Positions 1 to 8,565 of a stretch of 42,807 nucleotides of DNA are shown here, piece by piece (within the stretch, counting starts at the first letter, position 1; each line of letters begins with the position of its first letter). Below the pieces are notes generated by a model. That model was not told the origin of the DNA, searched no databases, and was given only the letters and a program-made list of their open reading frames with translations. Source of the DNA: a virus (Duplodnaviria; Caudoviricetes); IMG/VR virus record IMGVR_UViG_3300031211_000001, positions 1-42,807 of that record; one strand, given 5' to 3'. The position numbers and the translations under genes were made by a program.

Positions 1-127
1 ACGGAACCCCGATGTCGCTGTCACCTACACCGGCCTGACGTTGGACGGCGTTCCCACAACCACCGCAGGGATCGCCACAACCGCGTGGAACGCAGCGGAG
101 TTGCTTGGCGCAGCGCAAGCGTCGGGC
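1..127. repeat. 127-bp terminal direct repeat, identical to 42681-42807; circular assembly overlap
   Basis: acggaacccc...gcgtcgggc is identical at both ends, lies inside a CDS whose frame continues across the junction, and 127 is a common assembler k-mer size. Confidence 0.95.
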
Positions 128-1807
128 ACGCTGACCGCCACCGCCGTTGTGGTGGACGCCGACGTGGTGCGGACAGGCACGACATATTACCGCTTCTCTG
201 ACGCCGTGGCGGACGGTGCCGGGACCGTGGGCAGTCCTTGGCGCGTGCTGATCGGGACACAGGCATCCGGGGCCTTGTCGGCCACGGCGCAGGTCGCCGA
301 CGCGGACGTGGTGAGGATCGGCAGCGTCTATTACCGCTGGGTGACGACGGTATCGGCGGGGACCGGGACCGTGGGCGACCCGTGGAAGGTGCTGATTGGA
401 GCCACCCTGGCCGCCAGCTTCTTCAACATGGACGCGGCGATCAATGCAACCGGGACGGCAGGGACAACCTACAGCGCGGGCTTGACCGCAGCCAACACCA
501 CCGTGTTCTCGGTGAACGCAGGCGTCACCCCTGGCGGGACGGCCACAATGGCCGTGACCGCGCGCTCCAGCGGCACAGGCGGCAACAGCATTGAAACGAC
601 GACGACGGGCAGCGTCACGACGACGTGGGCCGCCGTGACGCTCACGGGCGGCGACGCCAGCCTGAACAACAGCTTTTCCAACCTGCGCGCGGCGATCAAC
701 TTCACGGGTACTCCCGGCGAGTTCTACAGCGGCAACATGACAACGCGGAACCCGCAAGTCAGCGCGACGTACACCGCCTTGAACGCCGACGGCGAAGCGG
801 TTCTGACGGCCAACGCGCAGACGGGGTTCGACGCCAGCAACACCATTGAAACCACCACCACCGGCACGGCCACGACGACATGGGCTGAAACAACGCTCAC
901 CGGGGGAACGCGCGCCACCGGCGTCCTGACATCAACCCTCCAAGTGGTCGAGGGTGTCAGGGTCAGGGTGGGCACCTACCATTACATCTGGGTCGCGATT
1001 GTGGCGAACGGTGCGGGGACCGAGGCCGACCCCTGGCGCGTGGTAATCGGCGCTGATCTGAACGGTAGCGTCTCCAACATGGTCGCGGCCATTGGCGACA
1101 CCGGGACAGCGGGCACGGAGTACAGCGCCAACCTGACCGGCGCGAACCTGCAAGCCACGGCGACGTACCCCGGCCTTGACGCAGAGGGGCTGGCGGTTGT
1201 CACTTTCACGGCCCGCGCTGGGTTTGCGGAGGGTAATTTCTTCGCTATTCTTGACGCTCTGTCGCGCGTAACCACGACGGCGGGCAATACCGTTGACACC
1301 ACAACCTCCGGTTCGTCCACGACAGCGTGGGCCACCGCGACCCTGACGGGCGGCGGAGCCAACGCGCTGAACGGCGTGGCGATGCCTGACGGCCTGCCCC
1401 CTATCGCGGTGGCGACCCTCAAGAGTTTCGTGCTGGTCGCAATCGGGAACTCTGATCGGTTCTACTGGATACGCCCTGCCGAGATAACCATCGCCCCGCT
1501 GGACTTCGCCACGGCGGAGAGCCAGCCCGATGATGTCCTGACCGTCGAGGTGGTGGGTGACACCGCCTGGTTCGTGGGCGAGGGGTCCACCGAGGTCTGG
1601 TATGCCACCGGCGTTTCAGCCTCGCCCTTCGCGCCCGTGCCGGGCCGCGTGTTCGACCGGGGCGCGATCGAGGGCACCGTGGTGAACATCAAGGGGTCGG
1701 TGTTCCTTGTCGGGCGTGATTATGTGGTCTACGCTATCGCGGGGGCTCCGAACCGCATATCCAATCACGGCGTCGAGCAGACGATCCGCACCGCTCTGGA
1801 GGCATGA
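2..1807 (+). CDS. 3' part of P22 gp10-like tail hub/DNA stabilization protein, N-terminal half-gene (starts at 42064, about 807 aa in total) with inserted repeat modules
   Basis: In frame with GTG at 42064 across the junction; C-terminal DFATAESQPDD...GEGSTEVWY...PF...RISNHGVEQTI resembles gp10 phage-stabilisation proteins. Confidence 0.8.
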   Translation, partial: RNPDVAVTYTGLTLDGVPTTTAGIATTAWNAAELLGAAQASGTLTATAVVVDADVVRTGTTYYRFSDAVADGAGTVGSPWRVLIGTQASGALSATAQVADADVVRIGSVYYRWVTTVSAGTGTVGDPWKVLIGATLAASFFNMDAAINATGTAGTTYSAGLTAANTTVFSVNAGVTPGGTATMAVTARSSGTGGNSIETTTTGSVTTTWAAVTLTGGDASLNNSFSNLRAAINFTGTPGEFYSGNMTTRNPQVSATYTALNADGEAVLTANAQTGFDASNTIETTTTGTATTTWAETTLTGGTRATGVLTSTLQVVEGVRVRVGTYHYIWVAIVANGAGTEADPWRVVIGADLNGSVSNMVAAIGDTGTAGTEYSANLTGANLQATATYPGLDAEGLAVVTFTARAGFAEGNFFAILDALSRVTTTAGNTVDTTTSGSSTTAWATATLTGGGANALNGVAMPDGLPPIAVATLKSFVLVAIGNSDRFYWIRPAEITIAPLDFATAESQPDDVLTVEVVGDTAWFVGEGSTEVWYATGVSASPFAPVPGRVFDRGAIEGTVVNIKGSVFLVGRDYVVYAIAGAPNRISNHGVEQTIRTALEA

Positions 1808-1808
1808 C

Positions 1809-4112
1809 ATGGCGATTATCTACGCGAACAGCATGGACCACTATGGCCCCGCCGTGGCCACGAACGCGGTTAGTTCCAATTCGGCAACGTGGGTGTTCAA
1901 CCCCGACATCATCCTCGGGGACAGCTGGGCGGGAGACCCCACTGCGCCCTCAATTCCGTTTTTCAGGGGTACTGGTCAAATGCGGCTTGAGAGCCCATTG
2001 TGGGGTTCGCGACGTGGCGACCTTTCGCTGGTTGCGGACAGCTTTGAGATCAGCCCCAATACAACTACCACGACGGTGATCACACAGCTCGCTTCGATGG
2101 GCATGAGGCTCGTGATACCGGGTGCGTCGGCCAGCACACGACTGGTACACTTCGCGTTCTCCTGCTCCGATTTGCCGGTGGTTGACACCGCACACGGCCA
2201 GATTGCGGCTTTCACGACCAGCGGAGGCGCCATTTCCTTCCGCCTCTGCGTCGATACGACCGGGCGTTTGATGATCACGGACAGCGCACCTCTCACAACT
2301 GTCGGCAACACTCCTGTGCAAGGCCTTCCAGCCATCCTCCTGCGCTCTGCGGCTCCAGTCATCCAGCCTCTGACTTGGTATTACATCAGCATGAGGATTG
2401 TCAAAAGCGTTGCGGGTATGGCCCTTGACGTCTACATTGGCGACATCACGGCAGGTAGTCTTGTTCTGACCGGCACGGGACTCAATGTGGGCACGGCAGA
2501 CATCCTGGGCATCACATTCCTGCCGACGTCGTTCCGGGGTGCTGGCGGGCAGAGCGACTTGACCCAACGTGCCATCCGCGACATCGTGATCTGCAACACC
2601 GCTGGCAGCTACAACAATGACCTGCTGGGCCAAGTGTTCGTGTCCGCGCAGGAGATGCGGACGGAGGACAACGAGGGCGACAACTGGCTGGCCTACCCGC
2701 GCGAGAACATCGGCCAAGGCGTTCTCGACCACCAGACCAACCGCACGGGCGTCCGGTTTGCTGACGCTGCGGCGCTGACCGTCGCGGCGGCAGACTTCAC
2801 CTTCGAGACCTTCGCCCGGTTCAGCACCCTGCCCACCGGCGCTGCCACCATGACCCTGCTCTCCAAATGGCGCGAGGCTGCGGGCCTGCGGTCCTACATG
2901 CTGTATTACGACGGCGCGACGGCATCGCTGGTCTGGCAGGTGTCCACCACCGGCGCCAACACCATCGTGGTCAAGCGCCTGCCGTGGGTGCCGGTGACGG
3001 ACCACTGGTATCACGTCGCGGTGAGCCGCGCGTCCTCCGAGACCATGGTGTTCATCGACGGCGTGCAGCTGGGCGTTCCACTGGCCGACGCCAACACCTA
3101 CTTCGACGGCACGGCCTTCATGGGTATCGGCGTTTACTTTACATCGGCGGGCGCTCCCGACGCTGCGGGCCGGTTCAGCGGTTTCCTCGACGAGACACGG
3201 TTCACGGTCGGGACTGCCCGGTACACCTCTGACTTCACCCCGCCGACCGCACCGTTCCCCACCGGCATCGGAGACGCGGACTGGGCCGACGTTGTGCTGC
3301 TTCTGACCTACGACGGCACACCGATTGCCGACTCGTCCAGCTTCGCCCGCACGGTCACGCTGGCGGCGCCGAACGTGACGTCGCTGGCCCCCGCCGACAA
3401 GGCGTCGTCCTATCTGGTGTTGAACCAGCGCCCGGCATGGGACGACACGTTCATGGAGGCGGCGCTCCTGCCCGCTACCGGCACCTTCACCTTCGAGGGC
3501 CTGCCCACAGCTACGGAGACCATTGTGGTGGGCGCCACGACCTACACCTGGCGCGCGGCGGTATCCACAGCCAACGACGTGCTGATCGGTGCGAGCATCG
3601 CGGCCTGCGTCTCCAACATCATCGCGGCGATCAACGCCGGGGCGGGCGAGGGGACGATCTACGGGACCGGCACGGTCGCCAACGTCAGCGCGGGCGCGCT
3701 GGAGTTCCTTTCCCCGCAGTTCACCCTACAGGCGGCCACGGCGGGCGCGGCGGGGAACAGCACCGCCACGACCGAAACCATGGCGGATGGGTTCTTCAAC
3801 GCCGCTACGCTCACGGGTGGTTACAGCGTCCCGGCTCCCAGCAACTTCGCCATCGAGCGCCTGCCCTTGGACGCAACGGGCGTTCTGGGGTTGCAGATCA
3901 CGTCACGCGCCTACAAGACCGATGCGGGCAGCGCGGAGATACGGTTCGATCTGGTCGGCCCCGGCTCCGCCGTGGACACGGGCACCGCCGCCAACGTTGA
4001 TCTGAACCCGGCATGGGTGCGACAGGTGTTCGAGGAGGACCCCGATACGTCCGCCGCTCTGACACCCTCCACGATCAACGCTGGCCGTATCCGGTTTGTG
4101 AGGACGGTGTGA
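1809..4112 (+). CDS. Virion/tail-associated protein with concanavalin A/LamG-like domains, putative receptor-binding protein (767 aa)
   Basis: ATG at 1809 just after the upstream stop (the track's 1707 start overlaps the previous gene); LamG signature DFTFETF...WYHVAVSR...FIDG...FSGFLDETRFTVGTARYTSDFTPP; one copy of the hub repeat module at about 3474-3821. Confidence 0.7.
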   Translation: MAIIYANSMDHYGPAVATNAVSSNSATWVFNPDIILGDSWAGDPTAPSIPFFRGTGQMRLESPLWGSRRGDLSLVADSFEISPNTTTTTVITQLASMGMRLVIPGASASTRLVHFAFSCSDLPVVDTAHGQIAAFTTSGGAISFRLCVDTTGRLMITDSAPLTTVGNTPVQGLPAILLRSAAPVIQPLTWYYISMRIVKSVAGMALDVYIGDITAGSLVLTGTGLNVGTADILGITFLPTSFRGAGGQSDLTQRAIRDIVICNTAGSYNNDLLGQVFVSAQEMRTEDNEGDNWLAYPRENIGQGVLDHQTNRTGVRFADAAALTVAAADFTFETFARFSTLPTGAATMTLLSKWREAAGLRSYMLYYDGATASLVWQVSTTGANTIVVKRLPWVPVTDHWYHVAVSRASSETMVFIDGVQLGVPLADANTYFDGTAFMGIGVYFTSAGAPDAAGRFSGFLDETRFTVGTARYTSDFTPPTAPFPTGIGDADWADVVLLLTYDGTPIADSSSFARTVTLAAPNVTSLAPADKASSYLVLNQRPAWDDTFMEAALLPATGTFTFEGLPTATETIVVGATTYTWRAAVSTANDVLIGASIAACVSNIIAAINAGAGEGTIYGTGTVANVSAGALEFLSPQFTLQAATAGAAGNSTATTETMADGFFNAATLTGGYSVPAPSNFAIERLPLDATGVLGLQITSRAYKTDAGSAEIRFDLVGPGSAVDTGTAANVDLNPAWVRQVFEEDPDTSAALTPSTINAGRIRFVRTV

Positions 4113-4115
4113 CCC

Positions 4116-5036
4116 GTGGCCGACGTCCGCTCCCCGTTCTCCGCCGTCCAGGCCGTTCGGCAGGGCTCTGGCGTCATGCACGCTACGTCTGCCACCGCTC
4201 AGGCCGTGCGGCAGGGTTTGGGCGGGTCTTTGCGTTCCACGTTCGTCACCGTGCAAGCGGTGCTCCAGACCACGCCGCGAGAGGTGCGTACTTCCTTCGT
4301 CGCGGTGCAGGCGGTGCTCCGCGTCCTCACGCAGCAAATGCGCGCGGCGCAAGTCGTGGCGCAGGTTATTCGGCAGGGGGATGATGGCGCCATGGCAAGA
4401 GTTCCATTCTCGGTAACACAACTTGTCTGGACGACGGGCGACCCCAGCGGTGTGCGCCAACGGGCCTGGACCTTCGACTTCGACGGCCACACGTTCTATG
4501 TGCTGGACCTCGGCTCGAACGGGACGCTGGTTTACGACATCCTGACCCAGCAATGGTCCCGGTTCCGCACGGCGGGATACGGTGGCTGGAACTTCAAGAA
4601 CGGGTTCCACTGGCGCTCTGGCAAGATGGTGATTGGTGGCGCGGACGGATCGGGCCAACTGTTGAAACTCACGCCGCAGTCGTTCCTTGACGAGGGCTGG
4701 CGTCCGGTAATCTACGAGGTCACGGGTATCCTCCAGACCGGGGGCATTGACTTCCTGCGCCAGTACGCCCTGCGCATGGTCGGATCGGCCGGTGTGCTGG
4801 CGGACAGCATCTCCCCCACTCTGTTCATGGAGTTCTCGGACGACCGGGGCGTGACGTGGGGGCCAACCTACCAGATCGAGTTGACGACGAACACGCGCCA
4901 GCGGATTGAGTTCCGGTCCCTCGGGGCGTTCACGGCACCGGGGCGCATGTTCCGCATTTATGACGAGGGCGGCATCAAGTTCATCGCCAACGTCGAGGCC
5001 GACATTGGGGGCGCAGATGGCCGTACCCCCTCTTAA
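4116..5036 (+). CDS. C-terminal half of P22 gp10-like hub protein with an N-terminal 17-18 aa repeat arm
   Basis: WTFDFDGHTFYVLDL...TLVYDILTQQWSRF and FSDDRGVTW...RIEFRSLG...RMFRI match the gp10 C-terminal pattern; GTG start with GAGGA upstream. Confidence 0.75.
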   Translation: MADVRSPFSAVQAVRQGSGVMHATSATAQAVRQGLGGSLRSTFVTVQAVLQTTPREVRTSFVAVQAVLRVLTQQMRAAQVVAQVIRQGDDGAMARVPFSVTQLVWTTGDPSGVRQRAWTFDFDGHTFYVLDLGSNGTLVYDILTQQWSRFRTAGYGGWNFKNGFHWRSGKMVIGGADGSGQLLKLTPQSFLDEGWRPVIYEVTGILQTGGIDFLRQYALRMVGSAGVLADSISPTLFMEFSDDRGVTWGPTYQIELTTNTRQRIEFRSLGAFTAPGRMFRIYDEGGIKFIANVEADIGGADGRTPS

Positions 5037-5670
5037 TCCGTTCGTTCGGATCACTGACGAGCGAGGCCAGCCCACGCCGGACTTCATGCAATGGTGGCAG
5101 AGCCAGCGCACAACCAACGACATCATCGTTCCGCTCTCCACCCCCGCCGAGGTGTCTGCCGTCCTCAATTTGCTCGGCGCCACCCACGGCGACCTGTTGT
5201 TCAGGGGCGCGTCGATCTGGGACACGCTGGGACCGGGCACAGCGGGCTTTGTGCTGGCCACTGGCGGCCCTGCCGCCGCTCCGGTGTGGGTCACGCTTGA
5301 CAAGGCGTTCACAGACCTGACGGACACGCCCGCCAATTACACGGGCGCCGCTGGACAGGCGGCTGTGGTAAACGCCGGGGAGACGGCGCTGGAGTTCGCG
5401 GACCTCACCACGACTTTCCTCGCCTTGACGGACACACCTTCAACTTACACGGGCCAAGGCGGGAAGATCGTCGCGGTCAACGCAGGCGCGACGGCGCTGG
5501 AGTTCATAGCGACCGCCGCGCCCGCATACACGGTGGCGGGACTGCCCAGTGCCGCAACGTCCGGCGCGGGCGCAATCGCCTTCGTCTCCAACGAAACAGG
5601 TGGCGCTGTTCTGGCTTTCTCGGACGGGACCGACTGGCGCAGGTCCACCGACCGCGCGGTGGTCTCGTGA
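5017..5670 (+). CDS. Tail needle/short fibre-like protein (gp26 position)
   Basis: ATG at 5017; N-terminal ITDERGQPTPDFMQWW; two FxxLTDTPxxYTG...VNAGxTALEF repeats; C-terminal YTVAGLPSA...AFSDGTDWRR knob-like motif. Confidence 0.6.
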   Translation: MAVPPLNPFVRITDERGQPTPDFMQWWQSQRTTNDIIVPLSTPAEVSAVLNLLGATHGDLLFRGASIWDTLGPGTAGFVLATGGPAAAPVWVTLDKAFTDLTDTPANYTGAAGQAAVVNAGETALEFADLTTTFLALTDTPSTYTGQGGKIVAVNAGATALEFIATAAPAYTVAGLPSAATSGAGAIAFVSNETGGAVLAFSDGTDWRRSTDRAVVS

Positions 5671-6089
5671 TCGCAGGGTTCGCAGCCGTGGACCGTCTGG
5701 TGTCCGCCCACCCCGACGCCCACCTGTCTTTCGGCGCGCACACGCCCGAGGGGTTCAGGATCGCCCTGTCCTGTCCGGGCTGGCTGGTGCTGGAGGAGGA
5801 CGGGTGCTGGATCGCGCTGGAGCGCACGCACCACAGCTCCCCGGTCTGTGAACTGCACTGGTACTGCCCGACCGGCGCGCGGCTCCCTGCCCTGCGCTCC
5901 ATGCTGCACGAGGCGTTCACCAACCGCCACGTCCTGTGCGTGACCGGCTCCGCGCCGGAGACCCACCCCTACGCCCGTGAGGCCGCCACGCTGGCCCGTG
6001 CGCTGGGCGCCACGCGACACGCGGGTAAACTGGTTTTGACAGTGGAGCGGTTTCAAGCGTATAACGCTGCAAAGCTACGTCGGGGGTAG
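5667..6089 (+). CDS. Hypothetical protein, possibly GNAT-like (P22 gp14 position)
   Basis: GTGA overlap with the upstream stop; sits between needle and ejection genes; ELHW motif. Confidence 0.5.
   Translation: MIAGFAAVDRLVSAHPDAHLSFGAHTPEGFRIALSCPGWLVLEEDGCWIALERTHHSSPVCELHWYCPTGARLPALRSMLHEAFTNRHVLCVTGSAPETHPYAREAATLARALGATRHAGKLVLTVERFQAYNAAKLRRG
6036..6065 (+). promoter_or_regulatory. Sigma70-like promoter for the ejection-protein genes
   Basis: TTGACA-N18-TATAAC inside the 3' end of the preceding CDS, 27 nt before ATG 6093. Confidence 0.55.
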
Positions 6090-6092
6090 GTC

Positions 6093-6875
6093 ATGGGTTT
6101 CATCAGCGCCATCGCGGGTATCGGCTCCGCTCTGGTCGGGGCGCGGTCCGCCAGCAGACAGGCCAGCGCGCAAGCGGCCGCCACGCAGGCGTCCATCGAC
6201 GCGTCGCTGACGGGGTTCAGATACCTGGAAGGTAACGAAGGCGTGAACCAGGCGCAGACTCAAGGCGCCGCGTTCGGCCAACAGGTGGGTCAGGAACTCG
6301 GGCCCGACGGTCGGTTCCAGCAGATGCTGGGGATGGGTCAATCGCTTATGGGGATGGGCGACGGAAGCCCGGAGTCGCAGCAGCGCGCCCAGCAGGCGTT
6401 CCAGAACTACCAGAACAGCACGGGGTTCCAGTTCCGCATGGGCCAGGGCATGAACGCCATCACTGGCAACGCCGCGTCGCGCGGTCTGTTGAACAGCGGC
6501 GCGACCCTCCAAGGCCTGAACGATTACGGGCAGGGGATGGGGTCGCAGGAGTTCGGCAACTTTATGAACCAGTTCCAGACCCAGATGGGCAACCAGCAGA
6601 ACTTCATCGGCATGTTGGCGTCGGAGCGCGACACCGGCTTGAACGCAGCCTTCAACACCGCCTCCAGCGGTGGGTCAGGCGGAGCGGGTGCGGCCAACTC
6701 GATCATGCAGGGCGCCGCGAACACCAACGCGATCCGACAAAGCGGCACCGACAATATCGTCGCCGGTCTGGGGGCCGCCGCCGGAGGGTTCACCGACATG
6801 TATAACAAGGCCAACGGCATCACCCCACCCGCGCCTCCGGGCGTCACCAACAACTATTACAGTGGGCGGCGGTAA
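6093..6875 (+). CDS. DNA transfer/ejection (pilot) protein, gp7-like
   Basis: Gly/Ala amphipathic N-terminus MGFISAIAGIGSALVGA; motif NSTGFQFRMGQG...AASRGLLNSGATLQGLNDYGQG. Confidence 0.75.
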   Translation: MGFISAIAGIGSALVGARSASRQASAQAAATQASIDASLTGFRYLEGNEGVNQAQTQGAAFGQQVGQELGPDGRFQQMLGMGQSLMGMGDGSPESQQRAQQAFQNYQNSTGFQFRMGQGMNAITGNAASRGLLNSGATLQGLNDYGQGMGSQEFGNFMNQFQTQMGNQQNFIGMLASERDTGLNAAFNTASSGGSGGAGAANSIMQGAANTNAIRQSGTDNIVAGLGAAAGGFTDMYNKANGITPPAPPGVTNNYYSGRR

Positions 6876-6877
6876 CG

Positions 6878-7915
6878 ATGGCCACGCTTATTGAACTGTT
6901 CAAGACCGGCTACGACATCGGCGAGTCCATGCCCCGCGAGGCGCGGGCCCGTCAGAACGCCAGAGCGGAGTTCGGTGACGCCGCCGATGATCCCCAGCTG
7001 TTCGCCAACCTCCAGCAGATGCGTCAGCGCGAGCAGGCGTTCGAGCAGAACACGCAGATGGGCATGCGCCAGGAGAACCGGCTGGACCGCACCGAGAACC
7101 GCCAACAAGCGCAGTTCGACCGTCAGGGACAGGCGCAGGACTTCGAGATGCAGGGCGCCCGTCAGGACCGCTCCCAGCAAGCGACGCTCAATCTGGTCAA
7201 CGGCCTGCGCTCCGCCCGCGACCGGGGCGAGGACATGGGGACCGCGTTCGACCGCACAGTGGAGGCCCTCTCCGAACTGGGGGTCAGCCCGGACGACATC
7301 CCCGGTATGCGCCAGGCGCTGGTCGATAACCCCGCTGTGCTGGACGATTATTACGCTTCGCTGACCGGCCAGACCCAGAATGATCGGGTGGCGCAGGCCA
7401 GCCCTGCGGCGACTGACAAAACCGCCGAACTGGCAGCGAAGGCCGCGAAGGCCGACGCCAGCACAATGAAAAGTGTAAAGACCGTTCTGGATCGGGTTGC
7501 GAAGGTGCGCAAGCAGATCGAGGAGGGCCGTGTCCCCGTGACGGGGTTTATGGGTGGGGCAGTCGCCACCAACATCCCCATGACCCCCATGCTGGACACC
7601 GCCGCCGACCTTGACACCATCAGGGCCAACCTCGGCTTTGACAAGTTGCAGGAGATGCGTGACGCCTCCCCGACCGGGGGCGCTTTGGGTCAGGTGTCGG
7701 ACTTCGAGAACCGCTTGCTCCAAGCCTCCGTCGCCAACCTTGACCAACGGCAATCATCCGAGAAACTACTCGAAAACCTCGCGCTGATCGAAGGCATCTA
7801 CACCGACATCGGTGCGGCCATCGGTGCGCCTCCAGCAGAATGGACACCTGCGCAGAAATGGCGGTTCAACGGTGGCGACCCCTCCGACAGCAGCAACTAT
7901 ACGTTGGTCGAATAA
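6878..7915 (+). CDS. Ejection protein (gp20 position)
   Basis: Q/R/E-rich helical sequence; DLDTIRANLGFDKLQEMRDASPTGGALGQVSDFENRLLQ motif; synteny. Confidence 0.6.
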   Translation: MATLIELFKTGYDIGESMPREARARQNARAEFGDAADDPQLFANLQQMRQREQAFEQNTQMGMRQENRLDRTENRQQAQFDRQGQAQDFEMQGARQDRSQQATLNLVNGLRSARDRGEDMGTAFDRTVEALSELGVSPDDIPGMRQALVDNPAVLDDYYASLTGQTQNDRVAQASPAATDKTAELAAKAAKADASTMKSVKTVLDRVAKVRKQIEEGRVPVTGFMGGAVATNIPMTPMLDTAADLDTIRANLGFDKLQEMRDASPTGGALGQVSDFENRLLQASVANLDQRQSSEKLLENLALIEGIYTDIGAAIGAPPAEWTPAQKWRFNGGDPSDSSNYTLVE

Positions 7916-8565
7916 TGGCAGATGGTTGGACCTCCCTGATCGACATCTTCGAGGCGTCACGGACTGCGAACACGCGGTCCCGGCCCCCGTCGTCGTCCGG
8001 CCTGCGCGGCTGGGACGCCTTGATGACGCCCCCATCCCGCCCGTCGTCGGGTGGCCCCGGGCGCTCGGGTAAAGTGGACGAACAGTGGGTGGTGGACGGG
8101 TTGATGAAACGCGGTCTCCCACAGCACATCGCGCAGGGGTTCGCCATGAACATGCAGGACGAGAGCGGCCTTGACGCTGGCATCAACGAGATCACCCCCG
8201 TCGTGAAAGGCTCACGCGGCGGGTTCGGCCTTTATCAGTTGACCGGCCCGCGCCGCCGCGAGTTCGAAGCGTTCGCCGGTCAACAGGGCCTGGCGCTGGA
8301 CGACGCCGACGCACAGCTGGATTTCCTCATGTTCGAGTTGGGCGGGAAAGAGTCGGGCGCAGCGCGTTCGATCATGGCCACGTCCACGGCGGGCGAGGCA
8401 GGCGCCGCTATCGTGCGCAAGTTCCTGCGCCCTCTCCAGAGCCACCAGGACAGCCGCGCGGCGCGTTACATGCGCTCCGGCGGAGGCTCCATGTCGTCCC
8501 GCACCGCACCGCAACAGCCCGCCTTCAAGCCGGGGCGTCTTTGGCTTGACCTTGGAGGTATGTGA
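7915..8565 (+). CDS. Virion-associated phage tail lysozyme (Phage_lysozyme2-like)
   Basis: TAATG coupling at 7913-7917; GLPQHIAQGFAMNMQDESGL...GFGLYQLTGPRR...AQLDFLMFEL. Confidence 0.8.
   Translation: MADGWTSLIDIFEASRTANTRSRPPSSSGLRGWDALMTPPSRPSSGGPGRSGKVDEQWVVDGLMKRGLPQHIAQGFAMNMQDESGLDAGINEITPVVKGSRGGFGLYQLTGPRRREFEAFAGQQGLALDDADAQLDFLMFELGGKESGAARSIMATSTAGEAGAAIVRKFLRPLQSHQDSRAARYMRSGGGSMSSRTAPQQPAFKPGRLWLDLGGM

Noticed and set aside
119-1354. Contractile tail sheath gene
   Set aside because: Only the insert module resembles sheath domains; there is no tube, baseplate or tape measure, and the context is P22-like
119-3821. Diversity-generating retroelement or invertible tail cassette
   Set aside because: The repeats are diverged at all base types and in-frame, and I found no reverse transcriptase or invertase
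3903-5336. Long antisense and alternate-frame ORFs (e.g. 3903-5336, 16178-17326, 37126-38457, 41854-42798)
   Set aside because: Shadow ORFs expected from high GC3 opposite real genes; no RBS or recognisable motifs
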